In this document: one piece after another, positions 50,225-63,250 of the stretch
Numbering within the stretch: position 1 is the stretch's first letter
Layout of the letters: each line of letters opens with the position of its first letter
Assembly (NCBI RefSeq): GCF_030684315.1
Contig: NC_081369.1
Coordinates: 50,885,598 to 50,949,597, forward strand
Length of the DNA: 64,000 nt
Direction: 5' to 3'
From: Stegostoma tigrinum
Lineage: Eukaryota
Position numbers and translations under genes: made by a program
The notes under the pieces: model-generated
What the model was told of the DNA's origin: nothing
What the model saw: the letters and a program-made list of their open reading frames with translations, nothing else
The model's database searches: none

Positions 50225-51330
50225 AAAAGATGTTGCAGTATAAATAGGCCATTTACCTTACACATTTGCACTGCTATTCAATGCAGTCATGGCTGATCTA
50301 ATAATCTTGAACTCCACCTTCCTGCCTTAACTCCATATTACTTGATTCCCTTTAAAACTCTGCCTGTTCCAGCCTGGAAAACACTTAACAATCCAGCCTT
50401 ACAACTCTCTGAAAGAAATCAATTGATTTACTACCATTTGAGAGAAGAAAAACCTACTCAGCTCTATCTTAATTGGTGCCTTTACTCTGAGATTATGCCC
50501 TTTGGTCTTAGGCTCTCTCACAAAGGGAAACAACCACTCCGAACCCACTTTGTCAAGCCTGAAAGAATTTTATATGTTTCAATAAGGTATTTTTTCCTTC
50601 TTCTAAACTCCAATGGGTACAAGCCCAACCGCTGAACTTCACTTCATATGAACATCTTCCCATACACGGGATTAATCAAACAAAACTTCTCTAGACTGCC
50701 TCTAGTGCCAGTATATCTTTCCTTAGATAATGGGGCCAAAGGCGTTCAGAGATGATGGGAACTGCAGATGCTGGAGAATCCAAGATAACAAAGGGTGAAG
50801 CTGGATGAACACAGCAGGCCAAGCAGCATCTCAGGAGCACAAAAGCTGATGTTTCGGGCCTAGTATTCCAGGTGAGACCTGACTAGTTCTGAACATGGGT
50901 CTCGGGACTCGAAATGCTAACTCTGCTTTCTCTGTCAGACCTGCTGAGTTTCTTTGGCAATTTCTGTGTTTCTGATCTGGCTAGTGTCTTGTATGGTTTC
51001 AACAAGGCTTCTTTAATTTAAACTCCATTGCCTTTGAAATAAAGGCAAACAGTACATTTACCTTCCCTATTATCTGCTGGATTTTTACATGCCAGCTTCT
51101 TTCATGCATGTGGACACCCCAAAACCCTCTTTGCTACAGTCTTCTACAGTATTTTCCAATTTAAATAATATTTAGCTCCTCTATTCTTCCTTCCACAGTG
51201 CGCAGTATCATATTTTCCTGCCAAAAATTGTAACTGACAATTTTTTGCCCTCTCACTCAATCTGTCTGGATCCCTCTGCAGACACTTTGTTTCACCCATA
51301 CTACCTGCTTCCACATCAGCTTTTGTGTCT
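50225..51330 (-). mobile_element. CR1 3' region with nested Penelope pLTR fragments (50748-50863 -, ~50886-50975 +)
   Basis: Reversed CR1 3' UTR (atggctgatct). The insert starts gagatgatgggaactgcagatgctgg, like 34880 and 37607. Confidence 0.7.
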
Positions 51331-51599
51331 TGGTGACAGCATATTGTTGAAAAGATAGATTCAGGCCTGAGGGGCTGAATAGTCTTTACCTGTTCCTGTT
51401 TCTTATGCTCTCAAACTACTGTGTAAAGATGTAAGAGTTCTTAATCAAAAATATGTGATAACTTTTCATTGCAAAACATGTTCTTTCACACACAAAATTG
51501 ATGTAAGTACGATACACTGTTCAAAACAGCATTGGGAAGCATTACCATGAATGTCAGACCAATTTAAGAAATAAACAATATCTTCACAAACGATCACAT

Positions 51600-51840
51600 T
51601 TGTTTCTTCATTTTAGAAATCAGATAATCTTTACTAAATCTCATCATTATAAACAACTTGACATTGACTTTTATCAACGTTCTTTGTGTGTCATTTGAAA
51701 GTCTGCCATAGATAAATGCTGAATGTTCAACATCAATTATGGTGACTAGCAGCCAAATATAACACACAGCTAGTTGAAACAATTTAGATACCTCTGGACT
51801 CATTAGTACTCTTGCTTCCAAATTTAGTTTTGACACGGAA
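51600..51840 (-). mobile_element. hAT transposase C-terminal dimerisation domain relic
   Basis: LAVCYIWLLVTIIDVEHSAFIYGRLSNDTQRTL...NVK resembles the PVSS.DVERSFS.Y..LL.DRR.SL..EN pattern. Confidence 0.5.
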
Positions 51841-52689
51841 CAGAAGTTTTCCCTTTATAACTGAAACATATTGGAACCAAAAAAGGTTTATACCCATTAC
51901 TTTCTGTGCTACATAACACTTTTTGAAGACCGGTTTTTAGGTTCATCATTAAATTATATAGTAATCCAACTTGGAGAGGCAGAAATTGGATGATTACTAT
52001 GAAAATAAAAGTGAAGATCTTGTGACACAGTCAGCAGCATCCCCAACTCTGAATCAGAAACTCAGGTGACTCCCATTCGTGATGTGATAACCAACAACAT
52101 TAATGATGCAACCTAACAGACTAAATATTGACTTGACAATCCTTCCACTGTATAGCAACAGCAGGTAATATGAATGGGAGAGGTTCCTGGTCAATGATGA
52201 AATGGCATCATCACTATTCATAGATGCAGACTATAACTTGTATGTTGAAATTGCAACTCAGTCTCCCTGAATGGATTGTAGCACATTATCTCCCCATGAG
52301 ATAAATATGGATTGGAACGGCTGCCATGTCACACTGTGGAATATTTCAGCAGATTAATTTACTAGAACGTACAAGACTAAACCATATCTCATTGTCTGTA
52401 GTTTTGCTGAAGACCTCTGTATTTTGATGGCTGCCAATTTAGCATTATGGATGTATCTGCTCTCTCACGGGTTTTTGCTGAAGCTAATTGGTTTCAGTAG
52501 GGTGTCTCACAAATCAATTCGACAAAGAAAACTGAAGCTGAACCTTTTCAACATTTCTGGCACATTAATTGTGCCTGAACAGAAGAATGTATGTTTTTAA
52601 TGAGATCATTCTATCGAAAGTCAATGCCATTGTCTGTGCACCTTTGTAATCCTCCCCAGAATTTCTTCATTCTTTTTAAGCCATTCAAA

Positions 52690-54538
52690 ATCAGAAATGA
52701 CATGACACCGGGTGATAATCCAACAGATTTAGTTGAAAGCATAAGCTTTCGGCGTCTTAGTCCTTCTTCAGGTTTTAGTGAGAGAGGTAATATCAGACGT
52801 ACAATTTATAAGATCAAAAGGACACATCGCAGATGAGGATATACTAAACAAATAGAAGATGCTGTTAAATGTTTAATCAGTTTTTAAGAAGGTTTTAATT
52901 GATTAATATGTATATGTAAATCCCCAAATTCCTTTGAAGTCACTGTCCTGAGAAAACTAAAGGTTCTATCAATGCAAAAAAGAGGTGACATTTTAGGCCA
53001 GACAATGTATGTTAGGTGTGAGGCCTTGTTTAGAATCTGTTTGTGTTTTGGTTTGGAGTCAGACTGGTTTTATTTCTAAAGTAGGAATTTATAAAATGTC
53101 ACATTGTCTATAAATTGTGTGCTTTTTGAACAAAATAGAATGTATCTGCAAAACAAATTCACCCAATAGCGTCACATGTGTGTGCGTGAGTGTGTGTATG
53201 TGTGGGAGAGAGAGTGTGAGTGTGTGTGTGAGGCACTGTATATTTATGAGAGAGGATCTATGTGAGTATGTATGTGTCACGCATGTGACTTGTCTATCTC
53301 ATACCCTGCAGGCAAGGCTGCCCCAAGGCACGGTATATTGGCAAAACTATGCAGATGCTGCAACAACAGATGAATCGACACCATGCTACAATCATCAGAC
53401 AGGGATGTTCCCTCCCAGTGGGGAAGCACGCACGCGCGCATACACACACACACACATAGACTGTAGGCCTCTGAGGTGGAATATGAGGTGCTGCTCCTCC
53501 AGTTTGTAGTTGGTGTCATTGTGACACTGGAGGACGCCCAGGATAAATGTGTCACCCAGGGAGTGGGAGAGGGAGTTTAAATGGTTCGCGGCCAGAAGGT
53601 GTTGTCGTTTGTGGTGAACAGAACACAGATGTTCTCCAAAACACTCTCTGAGTCTCCGCTTGGTCTCAACAATGTAGAGGAGGCCACATTGGGAGCAGCA
53701 GATACAGTGGGCCAAGTTGATGGATGTGCAGGTGAACCCTTGTCCAATACAGAAAGTTTGTTTAATGCCTTGAATGGAGGTGAGGGGAGAGGTATAGGGC
53801 AGGTATTGCACTTCATGCAGTTGCAGGGAAAGGTACCGATGGCTGGTGGGGTTAGTGGGGAGTATGGAGCAGACGAGGGAGTCGCAAAGAGCGTGTCCCT
53901 ATGAAAGGCAGATAGGAGTGGAGAGGGAAATATCTCTTTGGTCATGGGGTCGGATCATAGGGGGCGGAAGTGGCAGGGAATGACACTTGAATGCAGAGGT
54001 TGAGATTGGTGGGGGAATATGTGAGGACAAGGGGGGGGGGTTCTATCTTTATTTTTGTTGGGGGGAGCGGATGTAAGGACAGAGGTGTGGGAAATGTAAG
54101 AGATGCAGTTGAGGCATTTTCAATCACCGGCGAGGGGAAGTTACAGTCCTTGGAATAGGAGGACATCTGGGATGTTTGGGAGTGGAATGCCCCATCTTGG
54201 GAGCAGACGTGATGGAGGTGGAGGAAACGAGAGTAGGGGATCGCATCCTTGCAGGAGGGTGGGTGGGAGGAGGTGTAGTCTCAGTAGCTGTTGGAGTTGG
54301 TGGGCTTGAAATTGATAGAGGTTTCGAGGCGGTCACCAGAGATGGAGACAGAGAGGGCCAGGAAGGGGGGGGGGGTATTGGAAATGATCCAGGTGAATTT
54401 GAGGTTGGGGTGTAAGTTGTTAGTAAAATTGATGAACTGTTCAAGCTTGTGATTTCAAATAAACCTCTTGGACTATAATCTGGTGTCATGTGATTTCTGA
54501 CCTAGTCCACCCCAGTCCAACACCGCACCTCCACATCC
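52690..54538 (-). mobile_element. Composite Penelope structure: third-family termini (52690-~53280 -, 54443-54538 +) around a GIY-YIG/RT relic (53460-54440 -)
   Basis: CICCSQCGLLYIVETKRRLRECFGEH. Inverted termini: gacaccgggtgataatccaacagattt vs aaacctcttggactataatctggtgtc. Hammerhead-like motif at 52743-52771 (-). Confidence 0.75.
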
Positions 54539-54899
54539 AGCCATTGAGGCTGCTGATATCAATTGGAAAAGCCTGTGTGCCAGCTAATGGCATTTTATAT
54601 TTCAGTTTTCTTTTACACAACTAGAACTTTTAAGGTTATGAAGTAGTTGCCTGCATCACTTTATTAAAGTGGAAGTGAATAGTTTGTTCGCATTGAAACA
54701 TCTGTAAAGTTTGGTTAATGTCTTAAGACATTTGAAAGCAGTATCTGTGCATGTGTTCTTTTAACATTTGTTGCTCAGGGTCCACTGAGACAGCCTCAGG
54801 AAAGCTGTGTAACACAAGTCAATGTTGGGTCACCATTGTCTTTTACATCATTGCAGCCCATTCCTTTGCCTCACAATGATGCTTTGACATATCAGTAAT

Positions 54900-56180
54900 G
54901 CGGCAGAGAGAATGGGTCAAACAGTTCAATTGCTGATTTCCCTGAGGTCCAGGGTCTCCTCAAACACCCACATCACCATGAAGTCATTCAAAGTGCATCC
55001 CTCTCACTGGTGGATTTAGTAAGAAAAGTGTCAGCAGTTTGAGACACCACAATGAGTATGCCACATGTTAATTCCCCACATGTAGGATGCATTGATCCTC
55101 CTCTAATTTGTTCCTCCCACACTGCTTCAAGGAAGAAACCACAGCCAAGAGCTACAATTGGATGTATTTTACCTGCTATCCAAAATGGAAGTAGAATTGT
55201 GGTACAGTGGGGAATTTTCTGGTGTCAGCGTGACCATCAGGGTACTGAAAGTGTTCTTTCAAAGTCCAGACTGGTCCTGTTCGAATTTACCGAAGATATT
55301 TTCTAATCAAAATCAGAAATTGTTGGAAAATTCAGCAGGTCTGGCAATATCTTTGGAAAGAGGCAGAGTTAACATTTCAGATAATGCTTGAGCCATTTTG
55401 CAGAACGCCTAGGTTCTATCCACAAAAATGGCCTGTTGCCTGCCATTTTAATACACCACCGTGTTCCCTGGCCAATGTCTCTGTCTTCAGCATGGTATAG
55501 TGCTCCAGTGAAGCTCAGAGCAAGCTGAAAAAAGAGCACTTCATTTTCCACCTGAAATCTTCTGGATTCAATATCGAGTTTGACAATTTTAGGGTCTGAG
55601 CACCTTCTATATCCTTACCCCAATCTCCATGCATCAGGCCTTGACATCAATGGGCTGCTGCCACAAACCCATTGTCAACAACTAATGGTGCCCATTAGCA
55701 GCTATTCATTCTCCCAAACTGACCTTTACCCATTCCTTTGTCTGCTTAACTTTTTTTCTTTCTCTCTCTGGACTCCATCTCCAGCTATTGTTTACTATTT
55801 TTCCCCCGCCCCACACCCCATCTCTCACATATACATCAACCAATTCCTTGCTACAATCAGTTCTCAAGAAGGGTCACTGGGTATCACCGCGTTCTTTCCA
55901 CAGATGCTGCCAGACCTGCTGAGTTTTTCTAGCAATTTCTGATTTCCAGCTTCCGCAGTTCTTTGGTTTTAGAAAATATTTTCTCATCAACTTGTGCAGA
56001 GATATTATCTCTACAGCAGGTAGGTCTTGAATCCAGTCCTCCCTGCTCAGTGTAGGGACATTAACCTGGCAGTACAAGGTCCTTAGGGCTTTGCCAGATA
56101 GGATTTCCAGAATTGCCAAACCTGCTGTGCCCCTCATAAATACGCCATCGAGGAAGAGCTGCCAGTCTGATATGGTCAAA
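54900..56180 (+). mobile_element. Harbinger (HARBI1-like) DDE transposase relic, interrupted by a Penelope inverted repeat at ~55307-55970
   Basis: IADFPEVQG (~54930) resembles IAGFP.VQG.ID; CCAPHKYAI (~56123) resembles CCALHN.AI. Heavily decayed. Confidence 0.45.
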
Positions 56181-57219
56181 AAGGAGGTACTAGTTAACAA
56201 TAAACTTGAACATCATTGAGCAAAGCAGCAGCATAGCATACACTTGCTGCAAGTTGCAAAGGATACTAAAGGTCAGAAACTTGCAGAGGTCTTCTCTTTT
56301 GTACCTCAGCTTAACCTTTCCAATTTTATCCTGTGTCTCTCAACTTGGCTTTGCCACATGGGTAGTAACAAGTATTCAGCTTTTAAAAACATCTGCACCA
56401 CATACGAGGGGCACAGAGAAAGCTGCAATATGTGGGATGCATGGACCTTTACCAAGTATTCAGTGCATGAATAACTTTAGGTTGACATTTTTAAACATGT
56501 ACAAAAAAAAAATCCTCTAAGAGCACATCATGCTTTTTATCAGTGTGAGAACTTGGTCCTTGGCTTTGCCCACATTGTGCAAATTGCAGCGGGTAGCAAT
56601 TAAACTTTGCATGTAAATAATACCATATTCAATTGCTTTGGTTAATTGTTTCCATCTTTCCCTCAATCTTTAAATATGTTTCCAACTATTATCTTTGCAA
56701 GAATTAACTTCATTAGACATGGTATGAGTAGGTAAGTAAAATCACCCTTTAATGTTTCCTTTCATATTATTGTGTCATTGTTTTTCTCATTTAGCAATCT
56801 CACTCAATGCTGAACATTTGCAATATGGGCACCCCAGGATCAACCAGTTTAATCATTCCTCCATTCATACTGATCAACAACAGCTTGAAGTAAGGCTCTG
56901 AAATCATCTATCTTACTTCTGTGGTACAAATTAATTACATTCTTTGGTTTTGGAATGCTATTCTTGCGTGACTCATCAGCTATATCCACACAAACAAGAG
57001 AATGGGTCTGCTTTTCAGATGTTTAAAAAGTGGGTTCTGCTGTTCACTGTCTGGTGACATTTACTCTACGTTCAAACTATTTGCCTCTACATGCATAACA
57101 GCTTCAATCAGAAATTCTGATTAAAACACTTGTAAGGGTAGATATTCAGCAAGGTGGAAATTCCACCTGCCAATGTCTGTTAATATTATTGTAACTGGAA
57201 TGAGTACCCTACTTACATA

Positions 57220-57465
57220 AAAGCAAAGTGGTGCGGATGCTGGAGATCTGAAATAAAAACAGAAAGTGCAGGGAAAACTCAATAGGTCTGGGAGTGTCAG
57301 GAGAGAGAGAGAGGCAAAGAGTTAACAGTTTTAGTCCAGTATGCTTCTTCTTAATATAACTCTTCTTTGGAAGAAGATTCTGGATTTGAAACATTTACTT
57401 TTTTCTCTCTCTCTCTCTCCACAGATGCTGCCAGACCTGCTGAACTTCTCCAGCTCTCTGTTTTA
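57220..57465. mobile_element. Old Penelope pLTR mini inverted repeat
   Basis: gatgctggagatctgaaataaaaacagaaa... faces ...cacagatgctgccagacctgctgaacttctccagc; decayed hammerhead at ~57368-57395. Confidence 0.7.
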
Positions 57466-58154
57466 AGTACCCTATTTATACTGGGCTGGATTTTTACCAG
57501 TCCTGAAGTAACAGGTTGTGAGAGAGGGGGAGCAGAAGGACACAGGGCGCCCATCATCCTCCTGTTGACATTCTGCCCATGAAGGGAAAGGTGGAGGACA
57601 GCTGTCCCATGAGAAAGACATCTGAGCCACTTAACTGGCCAAACACAGGCTTCTTCCCATAGCCTATAGTATTTTACCAATGGCAGGTGGACGCTCTACT
57701 TTGTGGGAAAACTATCTGGTGTACCTGATGACATTTCTGCCCACTTGAGTGGGAGGACATCTCTGTGAACCTAGTGGGATCGCAGCTGCAATGCCAATCC
57801 CCGTGCCAAACCCTTCCCTGTCCTGAAACTGGTGGTGCATTGACATTATGATTAAACATGATTATTTTTCATGAGATGCCAATCCTCAGCAACAAGTTGC
57901 CATGTTTAAGTATAACCAGAGATATTTTTTACAAGTGAACATTTTAAACTGTCAATTCCACTCTTTGATAATAGAATTTGCATTTTGCAATTTTCAAATA
58001 CTGCTTGAGAAGAAACCTGAGAACAATGCAAACTTTTCTGGAAACTGCCACAATTTTAGGTGGATTTGGAATCTGGTTCACTTATTGCACCCAAACTGGA
58101 AAATCTGATGTGGATTTTAAGGCCTTTAGTTGCAGAGGCATTGGAAGGCCAAGA

Positions 58155-59200
58155 GACCTTGCAAAATGAAACAAAGAGGTCATCTTTCTGTTGAACTTCA
58201 GGAGATGGGAGAAATAGTTAATGAATATTTAGTGTCAGTTTTTATCACGGAGAAAGAAATGGAGGCTCGAGAACTCAGTGAAATAAATATTGATGTTTTG
58301 AAAACAGTTCACATTACAGAAGAGAAGGTGCTGGAGGTCTTAGAAAATATAAAGATGGTTAAAGGTGGGTAAAAGTGTGTCCCAGAACTTTGTGGGAAGT
58401 TAGGGAGAAAATACCTGGGCCCTTTGCAGAAATATTTGTATCAGCCAAAATTACATGTGAGGTCCTGGATGACTGGAGAGAGGCTAATGTTGTGCTTTTG
58501 TTTAAAAAGGGATGTGAGGAGAAGCCAGGGAATCTATGTCCAATAGTTGGAATGGTGAACTGGTGAGGTGAATTGTCAGTTGTGAAATGTCACAAGCAAA
58601 GGATGGCTGAAAATAAGGGGGTCAGCGTCATACAGCACGGAAACAGACCCTTTGGTCTAAGCAGTCCATGCTGACCATGTTTTCAAGCTAAACTAGTCCC
58701 ACCTGCCCGCATTTGACTCATTCCCTCCAAACCTTTCTTATTCATGTACTTATCCAAATATCTTTTAAACAATGTAACTGCACGCGTATCCATCGTTTCC
58801 TCTGGAAGTTCATTCCACACAAAAACCACGTTCTATGTAAAAAAAGTTGCACTTCATGTCCTTTTAAAATCTTTCTCTTCTCACCTGAAAAATATGTCGC
58901 CCAGTCTTGAAATCACCAACCACCGCGAAGGCACACCTGCCATTCACTTTACCTGCACCCCTGCTTTTAAAAAACCCCTATAAGGTCACTCCTCAACCTC
59001 CTAAGCTTCAGGAACAAAAGTCTCAGTCTATCCAGCCTCTCCCAATAGCTCATACCGTCTGTTCTCAGCAACATCCTGGTAAATCCTTTCTGAATCTTTC
59101 CAGCATGATAAAATCCTTCCTACGGAAGGGCAACCTGAAATGGACACAGTATTCCAGAAGTAACCTCACAAATGTCCTACACAGCCTTAACATGACTTGC
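58155..59200. mobile_element. CR1 fragments (+ 58155-58565; - 58625-59200)
   Basis: EMGEIVNEYLVSVF...PRTLWEVREKI...DDWREANVVLLFKKG; reversed 3' end from 58625. Confidence 0.8.
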
Positions 59201-59969
59201 CAAGATTCCGCTGGCGAAGTTGAGTCAGACAGTCAGGGAGTAGTCAAAGGGTATGAGCCGAGGAAGCAGTGATGTCAGCATGTTCAATTGCATAGTTACC
59301 TTAGTGTTAGAGCAAGATTGGGAATGGCAATGAACGCTGGCCTAGCCAGAGAGGCTCGCATCCTGTCAATGAGTACAAGAAAATCTGGCCAGCTGCTACT
59401 TAGTGCATTGACTGAAGTGCAGCAATGAAGTGTGACACCCCATGATATGTATTCGTATTGCAATTAGTTCCTAGCTCTTTAAGAATAATATAACAAAATA
59501 AGTCTCACTTCAAAAAACCTGGAATCATTACATCTTGTTAAATGTGGTGTAACTGAGATTTTATATAGTGCACTAACTTCACCATTACTAATGAAAACTC
59601 TCACCGGACAGGAGAAAGGAATGTAAAATTCCTCTACAATGATAAAATAATTGACACATTTAAAATGAAGTATACTTAAAGACAAGTTTCTTTGCTTTTA
59701 CTTTAGCTTCAATATTACTCCGAATGTTATCAAGTCTTCCACCATCGGAAAATTTAAAAGGATATTTAGGCTCAGATATTACAAGAAATACAATCAGTAC
59801 TTGTCACTTCATTCCTATTTTCTTCTATCAGTACTGAACTGTTTTCTCTACCTTAGAATTTCAATCGTGACACCTTCGTAGATGTGAAGCACGTCCAAAA
59901 TCCAGCAGATCCCTCGTACCGCAGGACAGTGGGAGAAGTCAACCTATCCTCTCAAACTGTGCAGCAATG

Positions 59970-60150
59970 TAACAAAACAGAACTGTGGATATTAGAGATC
60001 TAAAACAAACTAAAACAGAAATTCCTGGAGAAATTCAGCAAGTCTGGCAGATATTGCCAGAAATGCTGCCAGTTCAGATGAAAGAACACTGGACTTGAAA
60101 CATGAACTTTGTTTTCTCTCCACAGATGTTGCCAGATGCTGAACAATTAT
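59970..60150. mobile_element. Old Penelope pLTR mini inverted repeat
   Basis: aaacagaaattcctggagaaattcagcaagtctggcag faces ctctccacagatgttgccag; decayed core cagatgaa...gaaacatg. Confidence 0.6.
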
Positions 60151-60293
60151 CACAGCATCTGCCGCTTCTGGAATTCTGTGTGGTCCCTTCAAAATACCAT
60201 TCTGCACTATTCTATTAACTTGCTGGCTATTGGAACATCTGGGCCTCAGTGTTTGTAAATTGCTGGCTCATTGTTTGTGTGTGTGGATGCTGA

Positions 60294-62900
60294 TGTCTAA
60301 CGGAACATGCAATTTGACTATGGATGGTCCAAAGATTACTAACAAAGGATTCTTTATTCCACTGGAATAATCATTGCAAACATGAAAGATAATTAAGGTT
60401 AAAATAAGGTTTACATGGAATTAAGCCTATGGTTTACTTTGGGTTGAAGAACCCTTTGACTGTCTACACTTCCTTTCCATAAGCCCTCTTTTCTTAAAGT
60501 CATGCATTTTACTACAGAAGATGATTACTCCCGCTGACCTCCCTCACAGACGCCATCTGCTGCTGGAAGTTCCATTACACACTTACCTGCCTGAAATCAG
60601 CTGTCTCAGCAACCCCACATAGCACACAATACCTGTCTATGAAGCAGATGCATGATTAGCAGGTTCAATTCTGCTACAATGGCTCGGATGTTTATTAACA
60701 ATAATATTCACCTCTCGCATTAGCACTCTGGGCAAGTGCTAAGGTTTGCAGTGATATCCAGCATTTACTTTTAGGCATCTTGTCTGCACTGGTACCTTCA
60801 ACAGATTCAGGCGCTGGGGCAGGTCATCCATGTTGGGGTCTAAATTGGTTAGTTTTCCAGGTGTCACATGGCACTTGTTGCTTTAGTTGCTGCCTCCTAG
60901 CACATCCCCCCCTTGCACTGTTTTCCTGTGCAGGAGTAGGCCACACACTGGAGGCACCCTCTGAACTCATAGCACAAAGTTCACTCCAGGATTCCGCACT
61001 GCTATTTGACTCAATTTCAAACAGGCTATCACATACTGACACATCTGGTGTTGCAATACCATTGTGTGAGCTGCTCACTTCCACATCATCCACCAGACTC
61101 TGACCTCTCCCCTTCATCTGAGCCACTTTCTGAGAATCTCTCCACTTACTAGTTAAACAACATAGTGCAGTCACCTGTGTCCAGCTGCCTGACAGCTATG
61201 TGGGGTTCAGGGTCTTATACATCCTTTATCTTATTCTGACCCCTGATATTTTGATTTCAAAGGAATATATGCTTTTGCACTGATTGGAAGGTCACTCCTG
61301 TCAGCCATGTGATCATTCAATGATTTTTGTCTCACAGCTTTGCACTCAGTCTCAGGGTGGGAGGCTCAAACTGCTGTCTCAGCAACCCACATAGCACACA
61401 ATATCTGTCTTATGAAACAGGCGTGCGATTAGCATTAATATCTTTCTCTTGCATTACTGATCCGGGCAAGTGGTAAGGTTTGGGGTGATATCCAGATATC
61501 TTTCTAGTGAGAAAGATATCTGTATTGTGTTGGATCTCTGTGCCTGATGGCAGCGGTGGCTGTACTTGTTGAGGGAAAGCTTGATTGAAGTGGCCAGCCC
61601 TGTCACAATACCAACATGGCTTTGGAACATCCCTTGGATGGAATTGGCTACAGTGCATATACTGAGGATAGGGATCTTGCAATAATCTGTTCTTTGTGCC
61701 TCTTCAACCTTAGGTTTACACCCCCATCCACAGTGACAGTCATCCTTCTGGTGGCAGCGTTGCTCTGGGTCTTAAGTGTTCAATCTTTCCCCATGGTCTG
61801 GATGATATGATCTCAAGCTCAAAGAAAGATAATTGAAGTCTGTTACTATGAAGCATCCTCAACTCCATCTGACGTTCCCATCCTCACAGGTCCAATGGCC
61901 CTTCAGATGTCTGTCCCTGGAGAATGTGAGAGAGAGAGACCTAGGATGATGCACTCGATCAACTTCACCAGCTCCAGCAAGAGAGACCAGATCCCCTCCT
62001 TTGACTTGTCTATACTTAGAAACTTTCTGCTGTAGCTTGTGAGGCTACCACTATCCCCTAAAATCCTTGTTAGTACCTCAAAGGTCTGTCACAGGCTTCT
62101 TTGAACATTTGTACCCCTTCCCAGACTTTCCTGACTGACTTTCCCACACAGGAGTGTGGGATCACCAAACCCGCGATCGCCACCTGCTCACTCGCATTGA
62201 GGGCCCTGGGCATCACAGCCAGCTTCATCTGGATCAATGGGTGTTTCTGGTCTCATGTCAAATCTGTCCAGCTTCTTGCTTATTGGCGTGTAGAATATTT
62301 GACCAGGAGAAATGCTTCCTTATTCCAGAGGGTTATGCAAATACACATGGGTATCTTATGCTAGGGTTTGGCCTAAAGCTTGGATTCCTTCTGCCAATAC
62401 CAGAGTCTCCAATGATTCCAGAGCCGTTTCAGTCTCCCTCGTGGTCATTGCTAGTTTCAACTTCTTCACCATCTCTTCAGCATTGCCTATCATGTTGTGG
62501 GATCCTGCTGACTACGCCAGAAATGTAACACCAAATGTGAACACACAGACGGCCGAAAGATCATGAAATGGGAATTCTTTATTCCACTATCATCAGGTCA
62601 TGACAAACCTTAGGAGGAATTATGTTCAAATGAGGAATTATTTCCATAGAAGGAAGTGGATTGAAGACTCATTTGTCTCAACATTCCTTATTCCCATGAG
62701 CCTTCCTTCCCCAAACACGCCCTTTTACCACAAACAGAATGCTCCATCACCCCTCCTTCCCGCTCCCTGCTGCAGAAAGTCTCGGCATAACTGTTCCAGC
62801 TCCACCCACTCAGCACCTTCCCTCACCATCGCCACCTACTGCTGGATGTCCCCACACAACTGCTCGAGCACTCCCACCTGTTGTTGGAAGTTTTATGACA
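60294..62900 (-). mobile_element. Ancient internally deleted Ty3/Gypsy LTR retrotransposon (5' LTR 62524-62900, 3' LTR ~60294-60579)
   Basis: TG...CA LTR ends; the two LTRs share attctttattccact and ccctcac...cgcca.ct.ctgctgga. PBS at 62502-62519; gag zinc-knuckle relic CWYCDRAGH at ~61590-61615. Confidence 0.7.
62502..62519 (-). other. Primer-binding site for tRNA-Ser
   Basis: The + strand atcctgctgactacgcca matches the 3' end of vertebrate tRNA-Ser (ATCCTGCCGACTACGCCA) at 17/18, 4 nt from the LTR edge tgtaaca. Confidence 0.8.
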
Positions 62901-63140
62901 TTAATTGTGAGTAGGATTACTGGCTTCACTAATGCTGCATGCCAGGAGACTCTTTTGAATTGTGATAGACTTAAATTGGCATGGGGGAGGTGTGGGCACA
63001 CACTGCTTGCAAGTGTCAATGAGTACACTTGGATAGCCTTCTTTGAGATCAAGTGAGCGCAATCTATTTGCCCTTGGCTAGAAAATCCAATCGCACAAAC
63101 CTCCAGAAAAACACAGAACAGAGCTGGCAAATTAAATTCA

Positions 63141-63250
63141 TTTCTGAAGAAGGGTCTGGGGCCCGAAACGTCAGCCATCCTGCTCCTCTGATGCTGCTTG
63201 GACTGCTGTGTTTATCCAGCTCTACACCTTGTCATCTTAAATCTGCATGC
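63141..63250 (+). mobile_element. Solo Penelope pLTR fragment with hammerhead motif at 63144-63172
   Basis: CUGAAGA-AGGGUCUGGGGCCC-GAAACGUC followed by pLTR sequence. Confidence 0.75.

Noticed and set aside
62502-62519. tRNA-Ser gene
   Set aside because: Only the 3' 18 nt including CCA are present, next to an LTR edge; this is a primer-binding site.
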